DNA of 50,130 bases from Saprolegnia diclina VS20 (taxonomy: Eukaryota), in assembly GCF_000281045.1 (NCBI RefSeq), contig NW_008246112.1, forward strand, positions 200,909-251,038, in the 5' to 3' direction. This document shows positions 1 to 11,556 of the stretch, in pieces (the stretch's first letter is position 1; each line of letters begins with the position of its first letter). The position numbers and the translations under genes were made by a program. Under the pieces are notes generated by a model that was given only the letters and a program-made list of their open reading frames with translations, did not search any database and was not told the DNA's origin.

Positions 1-2
1 TC

Positions 3-182
3 ACGGGGGCACCGCCCGAGTTCGAGGCTTTGGATGTGATTCGCCACGCGCTCATCCAGAATTGGAACGCTGCTGCATGCCCATTGTCATCATCTGGCTT
101 CGAGCGGTTCCGAGCACCTCGTACGACGATGGACGTGACTGACGACGACGTGAAGGCCAAAGTCGCCGACAACATGGCATAA
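3..182 (+). CDS. 3' end of an unknown gene entering from the left edge
   Basis: Open frame from base 3 (TGAPPEFEALDVIRHALIQNW...KAKVADNMA) to TAA at 180-182, with coding-like codon use and AT-richer sequence after it. Confidence 0.4.
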   Translation, partial: TGAPPEFEALDVIRHALIQNWNAAACPLSSSGFERFRAPRTTMDVTDDDVKAKVADNMA

Positions 183-441
183 TCGGACATATGATTTCAT
201 CGTTCCTACCAGCCCACTCCGCCCACTCCCCCGGACCCTAGTTTGTGTCTGGCGATTGTGGATAGCCTCTATAAATTCATATTGGATCGAATTCAGAGGG
301 TTATGACGTGGCGCGAGGATTGATGAGTTTGTATTTCTGTGTTGTACCATTTCGCCGGAAATGGGGCATGCAATGTTGATAGAAATATGTGATATAGTCG
401 CTCATTTTATTTATGCATCATCTATGCTGCTAAAGAGCATG

Positions 442-1950
442 TCACGCTGATGTGGAGCGGGATGGCGACCGAAAGACACCGGGCAGCACCTCCTGGAGCT
501 GATGCAGGCGCAAAAGGTTTTGAATCGTCGACGAGTAATCAGCGTCGGACCTTGCTGTGAACAGATGCAGCCTGACGTTCTGGCAAGCACCGAGTGTCGC
601 CAACAGTAGCTTGACGCTCACGATTGAGAGTTTGTTGCCTGTCAAATCGACCGTCAAAGGGCGTTGGTTCTTACCCGATGCGAGACCGACGGCAACTATC
701 GCAGCGCCGTCATCACCGAGTTTGGTGCCTTGGAGCGATAACGTCTCAAGGCCTCTCGCCATCCACGCCGGCAGCGCGCGCATCAGCTCGACAAGCCCTT
801 CTGTCTGGAGTGTCGTACCGCTCAAGTCGACGACCTTCAAGCAGCGCGAGGTCGAGAGCCACTGAACAAACGCGGCAAGCTCGCGCGGCGTCTCGAAATC
901 CGTGGATCGCACGCGCACGGTGGTCAAGTGCGGCCAGAAACCTGTCATCCGCCTGTCCGCTGTGACGTCGAGGTTGGTGAAGCTGAGCGTCGTCAGCGCG
1001 GGACACACCGCGAGCGCATCGAGCACACTGGTCGTGGCCACCTCGTCGCCTTCGAGGCCTTGGTCCTTCTCGAGCGAGAACGAGAGGACCTTGGTGCGGT
1101 CGAGCTTCCGAAGCAGACCCACGTTCACGTCATGGTTGAATCCTTCGTCGTGCAGAGTTAGCGATGTGATGTGGTGCAAGTTGCTTGAGGACGTCACCAA
1201 GGCTTCTTTCAGGCCGGGTGTATCGACAATGCGCAAGGACGACAACGTAGCGCAGTCTTGGATCGCGGTCGCGAGCGCTGCCAGGTCGCGCACCGAGTTG
1301 CACGTGAGCGAGAGCGACGTCGCGCGAGGTCCTTGGAGCCAAGCGACGATGACCGACGTGTCGATTGCATCGTGGCCCAACGCATCAATCTGGAGCGTAT
1401 GCAGCTGCTTCGTCGAGAGAGCGTCCAAGTACTTGTCGACGGGCGTGTAAAACTCGATTCGAATCGATTGAACGTTGACGCAGCGCGCGAGGATGTCGGG
1501 GACCGGGTCGATACGCATCTTGGCGCCTCTGACAATGACGTTTGTGACGCGGTCGCCCCAGGTGTACGCAAAAGCGCTGCAGGTGCCGAGCTCCTCGGGG
1601 CTCACGACCAGCGTGATTGGCATCGCTGGTGGCAAGGTCGCATCCAGCCACGCGAGGGCGACGATGCCAGGATCCACATAGATGCCAGAGAAAGCAGGCA
1701 GTGCGGTAATCGCGAGGCGTGCATGCTTGGCCGGAATCTTGGTGATGTGCACGACCGGCCAGTGGTCGGCGAGGTTGATAGCGGCGCCAAGGTCGCGGAG
1801 CGCGACAAGCTCGGGCGGCAGCGTCAACGACGGCAACGCGTTGAGCAGCGAAGTGACGTCGCGTCCGTCGCCCAGCATCTCGAGGAGGCCATGGACAACA
1901 ACGCCTGGCAATGCCGGCGACGTGGTGCGCTGGCAAACGCGCTTGGTCAT
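442..1950 (-). CDS. F-box-like/RNI-type leucine-rich-repeat protein, family copy 1
   Basis: 502-aa intronless ORF. Has the family motif LPxxTLPPELVALRDLGAAINLADHWPVV and C-terminal RNI-like repeats (LKVVDLSGT, LETLSLQGTKLGDDGA, LTVDLTGNKL). The TGA stop sits where paralogs have TGG, 4 codons before a TAG. Confidence 0.8.
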   Translation of the reverse strand: MTKRVCQRTTSPALPGVVVHGLLEMLGDGRDVTSLLNALPSLTLPPELVALRDLGAAINLADHWPVVHITKIPAKHARLAITALPAFSGIYVDPGIVALAWLDATLPPAMPITLVVSPEELGTCSAFAYTWGDRVTNVIVRGAKMRIDPVPDILARCVNVQSIRIEFYTPVDKYLDALSTKQLHTLQIDALGHDAIDTSVIVAWLQGPRATSLSLTCNSVRDLAALATAIQDCATLSSLRIVDTPGLKEALVTSSSNLHHITSLTLHDEGFNHDVNVGLLRKLDRTKVLSFSLEKDQGLEGDEVATTSVLDALAVCPALTTLSFTNLDVTADRRMTGFWPHLTTVRVRSTDFETPRELAAFVQWLSTSRCLKVVDLSGTTLQTEGLVELMRALPAWMARGLETLSLQGTKLGDDGAAIVAVGLASGKNQRPLTVDLTGNKLSIVSVKLLLATLGACQNVRLHLFTARSDADYSSTIQNLLRLHQLQEVLPGVFRSPSRSTSA

Positions 1951-1957
1951 CGAGCGA

Positions 1958-1975
1958 GGAATTTCTAAATGACTG
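1958..1975 (-). promoter_or_regulatory. Oomycete Inr/FPR core promoter of family copy 1
   Basis: Minus strand CAGTCATTTAGAAATTCC fits the oomycete YCATTYnnnAWTTY pattern, just upstream of the ATG. Confidence 0.55.
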
Positions 1976-2496
1976 TGGTGTCACATGGTTGTATACTGGT
2001 ATGTATTATTAATAGAATGTTATCAAATACGGAACTTTTATCTGACTTGTCTTCGTCGTATCCAGGTGGTTGCCGGATACCGAAATTTTGTGCACGCCTA
2101 TCTACGAAGTCGACATCCTGGACGACAGGGTGCCCTGGGAGCCCCAATGGAAAATATAACGTTAACTTGTGGACCACAAATACTATTTCCACTCTTACCA
2201 AAGAGTTCATCTCTCTGCGCTTCCATACCAGAAACCACTGCTATCTAGCTGTATCATGGTTCGCCCTCGCCACGTTTCTCAACGGCTCACGCAGAAATAC
2301 TGGTCGAGTGGGCCAATGCATTCCGTCCCTTACGAGGTGCAAGGGCACGACTAAAAAGCCCATTCTCACTATCTCTGGCGACATCGCGCAACACGCAAAA
2401 TGCAAACTCGCCTTGCACGTCCTGGCGCCACGTCATAACCCTCGGATCCTAATATTGAGTCTCAGAGGTACCGCGCACGCGCCAGCAGTTGCAACG

Positions 2497-4163
2497 ATGA
2501 CCAAACGCGTCTGCCAGCGTGCCACGTCGCTGAACCTGCCGGGCGCCGTGCTGCATGGACGGTACGATGACGATTTCCAGTGGCGTCGCGACGGGTAGTG
2601 CTTCTCCAGATGCTGGACGATGGACGCGACGTCACCTCGCTCCTCAAGGCGCTACCGCCACTAACGCTGCCGCTCGAGCTCGTCGCGCTCCGCGACCTTG
2701 GCGCCGCTATCAACCTCGCCGACCACTGGCCGGTCGTCCACGTGATCGCGATTCCGATCGAGCATGCGCGCCTCGCCATCGACGCGCTGCCAGCATTCGA
2801 AGGCGTCTTTGTGAATCTTGGCGTCGCTGCCCTCGTGTGGCTGGATGCAACCTTGCCACCAGCGATGCCAATCACGTTGGTTCTAAGCCCCGAGGAGCTT
2901 GGCACAAGTAGCGCCTTTGCCTATGCCTGGGGCGACCGTATCACCAACGTCATTGTCAGAGGCGCCACGGTGCGTAAAGATCCAATGCCCGACATGCTCG
3001 GGCGCTGCGTCAACGTTCAATCTGTCCTAATCGAGGCCAACTTCGTGCCCGTCGATAAGTACGTGGATGCTCTCTCGACCAAGCAGCTGCATGCACTCCA
3101 ACTGGATGATATGGGCCAAAATACAGTCGACGCGTCAGGCATCGTCGCAAGGCTTGAAGAACCTCGCGCGACGACGCTCTCGCTCACGTGCAACTCGGTG
3201 CGCGACCCGGCACCGCTCGCAACTGCAATCCAAGACTGCTCGCATCTCACCTCGTTGCGCCTCGGCGATGCGCTCGACGTCAAAGCGGCTTCGGTGTCCT
3301 TGCACCACGTCACGTCGCTCGCCATTCTCGACAATGGCTTTGACGACCGCTTACCGGTTGGTCCGCTTCGGAAGCTCGATCGCTCCAAGGTCGTCTCGTT
3401 TTTGCTCGAACACGACGTTGGCGATGAAGGCGACGAGATCCCATGACAAGTGTGCTCGATGCGCTCGCGATGTGTCCCGCACTGACGACGCTCAGCCTCA
3501 CCAACCTCGGACTTACAGCGGACAGGCGAACGACTGGTCTCTGGCCGCACTTGACGACCGTGCGCGTGCGATCCATGGATTTCGAGACGCCGCGCGAGCT
3601 TGTCGCGTTTATTCAGTGGCTCTCGACCTCGCGCTGCTTGAAGTCTGTCGACTTGAGCGGTACGATACTCCAGCAGGTGGCGCAGCAATGGCGCGATGCG
3701 CATGTCTGATCGGAATCGGGCACGAAACACCCATGTGGATGGCGTCGTCCATCCCGAGGCTAGCGGGCGAGTCTCCGCTGTCGGTTGACATGGGTGCATG
3801 TGTAGAAAATGGGGTAAATCGATAAATGGCTTTTATTTTCACAATCAAGGACGACGCCGAGTGCCGCAGCGTCCTCAAACGATGCACCAGGTCATGAAAT
3901 AAAGGTGGCTGTGGCCGTCGCTTCGTTGACAATAGTACGGAGCTTGGCGCGTACCAAGCACCGACTCGCCCATGTCGACGATCGTAGTTATTATTCTTGG
4001 AGGGTGGATGTGGCTATGGGGATACGTCCTGCACCCCGTCTGAGATAAAGTGCTCTTTGGCGCCTCCGCTTCAATACCTTTTGCACCTGCATCGGCTCGA
4101 GGAGGTGTTGCCCGGTGTCTTTTGATGGCCATCCCGCTCCACGACAGCATGGCACGCCGTTGA
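2497..4163 (+). pseudogene. Family copy 2, inverted duplicate of copy 1, disrupted
   Basis: Starts MTKRVCQRATS like copy 1. Lesions: a ~40-nt frameshifting insertion at ~2560-2598, a frameshift at ~3443, a scrambled segment at ~3690-4070 and an in-frame TGA in the tail (EEVLPGVF*WPSRSTTAWHAV). Confidence 0.8.
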
Positions 4164-4327
4164 ACCGTAACTGACAACATGTAAGAAAGGTCGACAGCTT
4201 CCATTTGTTAAGCGTTTCGTACTTGCACTAGTGGTCTACCTCAACAGCGACAATGGACGGTGTTGACGAGACAAGTAGAGCTGCAGACGCCCTGTCCACG
4301 TGACGGTTACCGTATGTTCTGTGGAAA

Positions 4328-5905
4328 TCACTCCTCAACACGGCCAATTGGCGACTTGCAGCGCAAGCGGTAGAGCGGGTCTGTCTCGGCGTCGCGCAGC
4401 GGCACAACGTCGAGTACTGGCTGCAGACCCAATGTCTCCGCACGAAACACAAGCAAGTCACTCTCGTCCGAGTCGCCTTCCACGATGAGCGTCATCCGCG
4501 TGCAGCGCGCCAAGGCATCGAGGAGACCGTAAATGGCGTCCAGTGGCATCTGTTCCTCGAAGACATGCAACGTCACCTCGGCGGTATTACGCGAGCGCGT
4601 CATCACTTGTGCAAGCGCCGCGGCACTTTGTGAACCAGTTACGTCCAACGTCAGTGCCGTCCCGGAGCGACAAAAAAAGTCGGGCAGCGCGCGAAGCATC
4701 GCATCCGACGAGCCTTCCAAGTAGAAACAGTTCTGGACATTGACGGTTTCGAGCGCCGACGACGTGGCCATGAGCTGCCCGATCGCTGTCATCGTCGCGC
4801 TGTTGACAGTGGCCGACATTACATCCAGATGACGCAATCGCGTCAGCTGCGGGAAGTTGAATAGGACGGCGTGGTGGATCGTCAGGGACGTGAGCTCCGG
4901 GAGACAATCGAGGGTCATGACCGCGTCCGTGACGTCAATGGCCTCACGGATTTGCAGCGTACGCAAGCGCGTTCGCGTCAGCTTAGTCACAAGTCGCATC
5001 ACGTTGACCGCCGATATGGAGGCGACGTCCACGGACGTCAGCTGAACCGGAAGCGGCGGTCCACCTTCCATCAAAAGATGGTCCCAAAGCTCCGACATCA
5101 TGTAGATAGTGATGTTGGCGAGCGTTTTGGATCGCAAAAGCGCATGGGCCAGCGCTTTCAATGCGTGTGGAGTCGCAATCAGCTTGGTGAGACGTAGCGT
5201 TTCCAGCCGGGAATTCGCGAGGGCCGAGCAGAACGCCGTGATATCGTCGTCGAACGGCGCCATGTCAACGACGGCCCTGCTCACGTAGCTGATCGAACAC
5301 AGCTTCGGGCAGCTTTGCAAAAGGTGAGCGATGCCTTGCCACGTCGATCCATCTGCGTCGACGAGGTTGAGCTCGATCATGTTGGCTGCCCAGGCGGCAA
5401 ATTCGTCGACGCTTGAGGCGCTGTAGAACCCGCCGGTGACCTTGGTGTGCGCTGGCAAGACAACGCGGCGCCACACTTGCGGTATCGGAATGAGGTCGTC
5501 GATGGTGATCGCGCTAAAAAGCGGGAGCGCTTTCACGACGAGACCGTAGAGGGCCGGCACGGCTTGGAAGGTGAGCGCAGGCATTCTCATGCCGGTCTGC
5601 TGGACGAGGTTGAACAAGACGGCGACCCGCTCAAAGGCAGCGGGATCGGCCATTGCACAGAGGCGACTCGCGTCGAGCGTGGGCCATACCGCACCGCGCG
5701 AGGGCTCCTCGGCCAAAAGAGCGCGGAGGCTCGTCAAGGCGGGATCCGAGACGACGTCCGTCGGCAGCGCTCGAAGCAAGCGCTCGACGTCATTCACGTC
5801 ACCGAGGCAGCGCACGAGGCTGCGTGCAAGGATGCTCAGGACGAGGCGCCCGGACGGCGTGGCATGGTCGGCGACCTTGGCTCGCTGCGTTACCGGTATC
5901 GCCAT
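4328..5905 (-). CDS. Divergent member of the same LRR/RNI-like family
   Basis: Long ORF (start could be 5938). The segment VERLLRALPTDVVSDPALTSLRALL...VWPTL parallels the family motif, followed by Leu-rich repeats (LRTLQI, LTSLTI, LRHLDV, LETVNV). Confidence 0.7.
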   Translation of the reverse strand: MAIPVTQRAKVADHATPSGRLVLSILARSLVRCLGDVNDVERLLRALPTDVVSDPALTSLRALLAEEPSRGAVWPTLDASRLCAMADPAAFERVAVLFNLVQQTGMRMPALTFQAVPALYGLVVKALPLFSAITIDDLIPIPQVWRRVVLPAHTKVTGGFYSASSVDEFAAWAANMIELNLVDADGSTWQGIAHLLQSCPKLCSISYVSRAVVDMAPFDDDITAFCSALANSRLETLRLTKLIATPHALKALAHALLRSKTLANITIYMMSELWDHLLMEGGPPLPVQLTSVDVASISAVNVMRLVTKLTRTRLRTLQIREAIDVTDAVMTLDCLPELTSLTIHHAVLFNFPQLTRLRHLDVMSATVNSATMTAIGQLMATSSALETVNVQNCFYLEGSSDAMLRALPDFFCRSGTALTLDVTGSQSAAALAQVMTRSRNTAEVTLHVFEEQMPLDAIYGLLDALARCTRMTLIVEGDSDESDLLVFRAETLGLQPVLDVVPLRDAETDPLYRLRCKSPIGRVEE

Positions 5906-6118
5906 CAAGTTCTTGGGTGGACTATGCAACAATGCCATTGGCTGTCTGTCTCTCTGTTCTTGACGGACCCATGAGGTGTCACCATATGATTTTGGCGCAC
6001 GCAACAGAAAGGACGAAGCGCGTGGCCGCGAGGCACGGCGCCACGTCACGGGCTAAGATCGTAACTGCTGATCGTCGTGAAGCGACACCCGTTGTAACGA
6101 CGCCACCCTTGGCTCACA

Positions 6119-7763
6119 ATGGCTGCGCTCACGTTCGAGCCGTCGCACCCCAAGCTAATCGTGCGCCAGCCCAACCTCCGCGGTCTCTCGGATCTAATCA
6201 TCGTAGGAAACGGTCCTCCTGAAGCGCATGACATGTTCTACTTGCGTAGGAAAATGCGTCACGGCTCGTGTGCTTGAACGTCTCGGACAACATCCTCCAA
6301 GACTTGGCCGTCGACTCGACTCTTGTCTATCCTGCGTTGGAGGTCCTCTCTCCAGTATAACGAGTATCTAGTGTGCTTATTATGTGCACATACAAATGTA
6401 GCACCTCAATGGAAGCTGCAATTGGATCTCGGACATGAGCCATTTGCGCTGCTTTGTGTCGCTCGTGCATGTGGATCTCTCGCACAACCAAATTCGCATT
6501 GTGGATGGTCTCGAGAGCCTTCAGCATCTAAAGGTAGACGCTACTTCTAGGTGTTGCTACATTGCATTAGGTTTTGGATCTGAGCCACAATGCGGTACGC
6601 ACCTTTCTCGACGTGCGGTCCATGTCCCTCAACCGCGTACAACGCTGAGAGAGACGCTACCAGATGTGATTAACCATATCTTCTAGTCGCTCCAGAGTCT
6701 CCATCTCCACCACAATCCGATCGCAGATCTCAAAGGCTACCGTGCACGGCTCGCGTCGCTCTTGCCAAGTTTGCTTTTGCTCGACGATGTCCGGTACCCT
6801 CGAAAGCCGAATGCGACATCTATCGACGCGGCAACGTCAACGCCATGTTCGGTCTGTCGTCCCCGCAGCGTGCAGCGAATTCCCGTAGCCTCTTCTAACC
6901 GGGATCGAACCGCCAACCGTTTACACTTGTATTGTAGAGAAAAGGGGCCGCGTCACGGGACCACCAAGCGCTCTCGGATGCGATGCGAAGCAAACCGCGG
7001 GCCCATGCCAGTCACCCGACCACGACCTGTACGGTGCTTGTCCCTAACTTTCATTGCTGTAATGGTAGCACCAGCTAGGTCGAGAGCCCGAGGTTCCGCC
7101 ACCGACTCCTCCCCCGTCCACCTTCTTGTTGAGCTCCACAAAGCCATTGCACCTCCACCGCGCCACGCCACCACTTCAAAATCGAGTTTGAGTTTGATCC
7201 AGCGGGCAACCAAGGACGCTATTCGTGCGATCCCGGTCCGCTCGATAGGTTGATTCAACGCTTGTCTTGATGCAGTGACGTAGACGCCAGAGGACAATGT
7301 GTCGGCAGCGAGCAGAAAGCTGATATTGCAGGATCAAGCGCCGACAACGTGTCCGCCGGCCCTCACCGCTCCCGTGCCGGCCCTCACCGCTCCCGTGCCG
7401 GCTCTCACCGCTCCCGTGCAGGCTCTCATCGCTCCGGTGCAAGCGGCCCCAGTTCAAAAGTGTGTCCCAAGTAGTGTCAGAGATCGGCCGCTCGGGCCAT
7501 TGGAGCAGCTCCTGGACCCGACACGTTCGCTAAACCACGACGATATCATGGCGCTGGTGGCCGTAGCGGCCAACGACGAGCCGTATGAGCCCACGGTGCT
7601 GGAAGAAGTCCTCTTGGGCTTTGAAGCGACGCTCGCGACCTTGCCGACGGTGTGCGATTGCAATGGCTTTGAACGTCGGAACGTCGACGATCCTCGCGCA
7701 GAAATCAACGAGCTGTTGACAAGGGACCGACGGACCAGCGCCCACCGTGCAGCGTACCATTGA
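6119..7763 (+). CDS. Multi-exon SDS22-like LRR protein with LRRcap and low-complexity C-terminus; 3' end approximate
   Basis: Exons encode LVCLNVSDNILQDL, LVHVDLSHNQIRIVDGLESLQHLK, LDLSHN and LQSLHLHHNPIADLKGYRARLASLLPSLLLLDD (LRRcap), separated by short GT-AG introns. Confidence 0.65.
7355..7438 (+). repeat. Coding minisatellite, 4 x 21 bp (PALTAPV)
   Basis: Unit GCCGGCCCTCACCGCTCCCGT repeated four times with few substitutions. Confidence 0.9.
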
Positions 7764-8238
7764 CGTATCTACTACAGCATACCATGGAGACATCGTCTAC
7801 CACGGTGTGGCTCGCCCTGTAGAGCATTTTGCGTCGTTGATTATGGAGTCCAACTGACGTGAAGCATCAAGAACATATTGTCGTATCTAAACAAATAGCA
7901 GCGTGCGCATAGAGTCTATGGAGGCGCTGGACAGATGCGGCAAATGCGTGGAGACCGGTCGACGGTTACTAAATGTATCCATGGATGTCTACCATGCTGA
8001 AGGTTTCTTCTTGTCATGCGCATGATGAACCCATCGGCGAGCTTATGGCGTCTGTGCCCGGGCATTGCCTAACCTAGCTGCTGCTTGCGTGTCGTGTGCT
8101 TGCAGCGTGAGGCCCGAGGAAGCGCGGCGAAGTCCTGGAGCGATCGAGTCATGTCGTGCTCGTCCCGCAGGGCACCGAAGAATAGCGCACGACGACGACT
8201 TATGTTGTTCTATTACCTCGCCTCCACGATATCTCTAC

Positions 8239-8751
8239 CTATTCTTCGTGGTGGTATTCCTTCTCCAAGGCCGCAATCTCGGCGGCGTCTTCGAACTCGA
8301 GGCGCATGCCTTCCTTGATGGCACCGGCCTCCTGGTTGGCCCACCGCTCGGTCATCTCGTGCGGCTTGGTGCTCGGGATAAAGGCCTCGCCACGCACTTG
8401 GTAGTACTTTTGCAGGAATCGGTCGCCCTCGACGTGCTCGTACTTCTCCATGAGCATCACAAACGCCTTCTTCTCCGGCACGCCGAGCTCGATGAGCGTG
8501 AGCTGCTCGTCGGCAAACTCGTACGCCGTCTCGTCGTCGGTCGGGAAGCCGCACTTGCGCGCGTAGAGCTCGGCGAGGCGATCCTGCGGGAACTCGAGCT
8601 TGGGCAGCTTGTCGTAGTCCGTCCGGGGCATGGCCGGCGGCGGGAAGCGGTTGACCATCTCGAGCCACTCGGGCGCTTCCATGCCACGGTTGCGCACCAT
8701 GCCCCGCGTGTGCGTGATGACGTTCTTGATGATCTTGCGAGCGCGGCCCAT
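8239..8751 (-). CDS. Mitochondrial ribosomal protein mS23 (MRPS23/Rsm25)-like
   Basis: MGRARK...TRGMVRNRGMEAPEWLEMVNRFPP...LPKLEFPQDRLAELY resembles the mS23 PxWxxxxxxFPP and PxIxYPEDxLR motifs. Strong codon bias. Confidence 0.6.
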   Translation of the reverse strand: MGRARKIIKNVITHTRGMVRNRGMEAPEWLEMVNRFPPPAMPRTDYDKLPKLEFPQDRLAELYARKCGFPTDDETAYEFADEQLTLIELGVPEKKAFVMLMEKYEHVEGDRFLQKYYQVRGEAFIPSTKPHEMTERWANQEAGAIKEGMRLEFEDAAEIAALEKEYHHEE

Positions 8752-8945
8752 GTCGTCGACTTCCTCCTGCTCTTCCGCGATTGGCAATAAGAACCACTGG
8801 CCGCAACCCATCCGGATAGATTGACCGGATACGCGGCTCGTGTATCCGGATGTCGAAGCCCTCGCTACAAGATCAGCGCCAAGTGCTTGTATCGAGGGCC
8901 ACGGGTTCCATCTTCATCAGTGGTCGAAAGCGCAACACAGGCAGC

Positions 8946-9390
8946 ATGAAGCTCGTCCGGTACGCGGATACGGGGCATGGGCTGGGCGGCGCGAGGGCCG
9001 CCCGCACCCATGGCCGTACCATGCAGGTTGATGCTGATGATCGCGCTATGGCATAGGTTCCTCATGAAGCTCTCGAACGAGACGGTGACCATCGAGCTCA
9101 AGAACGGGACGGTCGTGCATGGCACGGTCACCGGCGTCGACATTAGCATGAACACGCACCTGAAGGCCGTCAAGATGACGGTCAAGGGTAAGAACCCGAC
9201 GTCGCTCGACTCGCTGAGCATCCGTGGCAACAACATCCGCTGCTACATTCTGCCCGACTCGCTCAACCTCGACACACTCCTCATTGACGACACGCCCAAG
9301 CAAAAGGTCAAGGCCACGGGGGCCGGCGCCATGGCCGCCAAGGGCCGCGGCCGAGGCCGTGGGCGCGGTCGTGGGCGCGGTCGCCCGTAA
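8946..9390 (+). CDS. SNRPD1: Small nuclear ribonucleoprotein Sm D1 (intron 8960-9056)
   Basis: Spliced product [41 protein letters not shown]...[21 protein letters not shown] with a C-terminal GR repeat. Confidence 0.95.
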
Positions 9391-10040
9391 TCGTATGCGC
9401 GACTATGCTCTTCTAATCCATCGTGTTATGTATAAGCGTTGCCATCTCGAGATGCACAACGCGGGATCGAGCCTTTGGGCCATCGTCCCCTGCGTTACGT
9501 AGCGAACAATACCGCGTTGCCACCCGTCGGCGCTCCCTTTCTGCGAGCGTGTGCCAGCTCATGCCCGCTGCTGGATCGCGGTCGTGAGCCCAGCGTGGGG
9601 CCAGGAGGCAACGTCAACACAAGATACCGTACATCGCTAGCCACGTCGCCAGCTCATCCTCCATGGCGCCTTCAGCAATTCCACTGCCATGGACGTGCGA
9701 ATACATGCTCGAGCGCTTGGCGTCCGACCCACGTCCGAGCACCGACCGGTTTGGATCTTGGAAAGGCGCGACGATCGCCATGGTGTCTCTCAAACGCCCA
9801 TTTTGAGATCTGTTTTGAGATTCAGATGCAATTGTACAACGCAGACCCCAATTAGGTACCGTACGAGTGTAGCTGTCGCTGTTCGTGGGCGTTATTATTG
9901 ACCGGACGCCAAGGGACAGCGTGCGGGAGGGACTTCGAACCCCGCTCGACATGCAATTTCGTCGGCGACATATACGTATTTCCACAGTTCCGCCAAATTG
10001 TATCACATGTGGCAGAAACACTCGAATCGGACGCGCGCCA

Positions 10041-11556
10041 ATGGTATCGATCGACGAGACCGCCGGCGCCTTCCCACGAGCTTGTCACGCCTGCCCAGCG
10101 CCGTGGTCTATGCCATTTTGGCGGTCATGGAGGACGGGCGGGACGTCGCCGCCTTTCTTGCAGCGCTGCCGAGCGAGACGCTATCGCCCGAGCTCATTGC
10201 ACTGCGCGACCTCGACGCTGTTGTCGACCTCGCGTACCACTGGCCGGTCGTGCATGTGACCCAGATCCCGGTCCAGTATGCCCGCCTCGGTATGGCTGCA
10301 CTGCCAACGTTCAAGCGTGTCTACGTGGATGCTGGCTTTACCGCCCTCGATTGGCTCGACGCCAAGCTGCCGCCCAAGATGCCCGTGACACTTGTCATCG
10401 ACCAGGCCGTGTCTGGCGCGGCGAGCGCCTTTGCGTACGTCTGGGGCAACCGCATCACGAGTGTCATCGCCAAGGGCCACGAGGTACACCCGGACCCGAT
10501 TCCCGACCTCCTCGGACGCTGCGTCAACGTCCAGTCGGTCAAGATCGCGCACGCTACAATGCCCGTCGATGCTGCGGCGTACGTGGCCGCGATTCCACTG
10601 CAATACTTGCATACACTCGACGTTCATGTCACGGCGTCGGGTGCGCTGGACACGTCAGGTCTCGTGGCCTGGCTACACGGACCCAACGCGACGTCACTCA
10701 CGCTCTCGTGTGACTCGGTGAGCAACCCGACGTCGCTGGTGGCTGCGATCGAAGCGTGCGCGACGCTGTCGTACTTGGACCTCGATGACGCTAGCAACGT
10801 GCAAGACGCCTTGTCGACGTCACCCTTTGTCTTGGAGCACGTTGGTGTGCTTACCCAGAGCCAATGGAGCGATACGTACGCCGACATCCTCACCAAGCTA
10901 CGGCCAGGACACGTGCGCTCTTTTCTGTTCGAGAAGAAGCTCGGGGATCGGCTCGTGCTACCCCACGTCGTCGACGCGCTCGGCGAGTGTCCTCAACTCG
11001 AGGTAGTTGGCTTTATCCGCGTGCACATCCCGCGGATCGTGACGACCGGTGCTCGTCGCTGCTGCGAGATGTCACGTTCAAGCAGTCGACGTTTGAGGAC
11101 CCGAGAGACGTGCTGACGATCGTGCGCTGGCTCTCAACGTCGCGTCATCTCGCGTCGGTTGATTTGGATGGCACGGTGCTCGGCAGAGAAGGCGCCTTGG
11201 AGTTAGCGCGCACGCTGCCGGCGTGGATGCTGCGTGGCCTCGAAACGCTGCAGCTGAGGGGGACGGGGCTCAATGACGAGGATGCGGTCGTCCTTGCGAT
11301 TGCGCTGGCCTCGGGCACGAACCGACGACCGCTGACGATCGACTTGACCGGAAACGAACTGACAATCGCGTCAGCGCCCGTGCTGCTGACGATGCTGGGC
11401 GCAAGTCGAAATGTCACGTTGCGTTTGGACGGGCCGTTCGTGTTGACGGGACAAGACGTCCTTTGCGACCTTGTGCGCGTGCACAGCCTTGACCACTCGG
11501 TGCCAGGCCGGTTCTCATCGCCATCGCACGTGTCGTCACTGTGGCATTCGATCTAG
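10041..11556 (+). pseudogene. Family copy 3, two frameshifting deletions
   Basis: Homologous to the other copies throughout. Has a ~22-nt deletion at ~10068 relative to copy 4 and a ~4-nt deletion at ~11053, splitting it into ORFs 9998-11116 and 10864-11556. Confidence 0.75.

Noticed and set aside
2561..2598. GT...AG segment in family copy 2 as an intron that rescues the ORF
   Set aside because: Splicing to either nearby AG does not restore the paralog reading frame, and further lesions follow.
7355..7438. Possible CRISPR-like array
   Set aside because: Head-to-tail 21-bp coding repeats with no spacers, in a eukaryotic gene.
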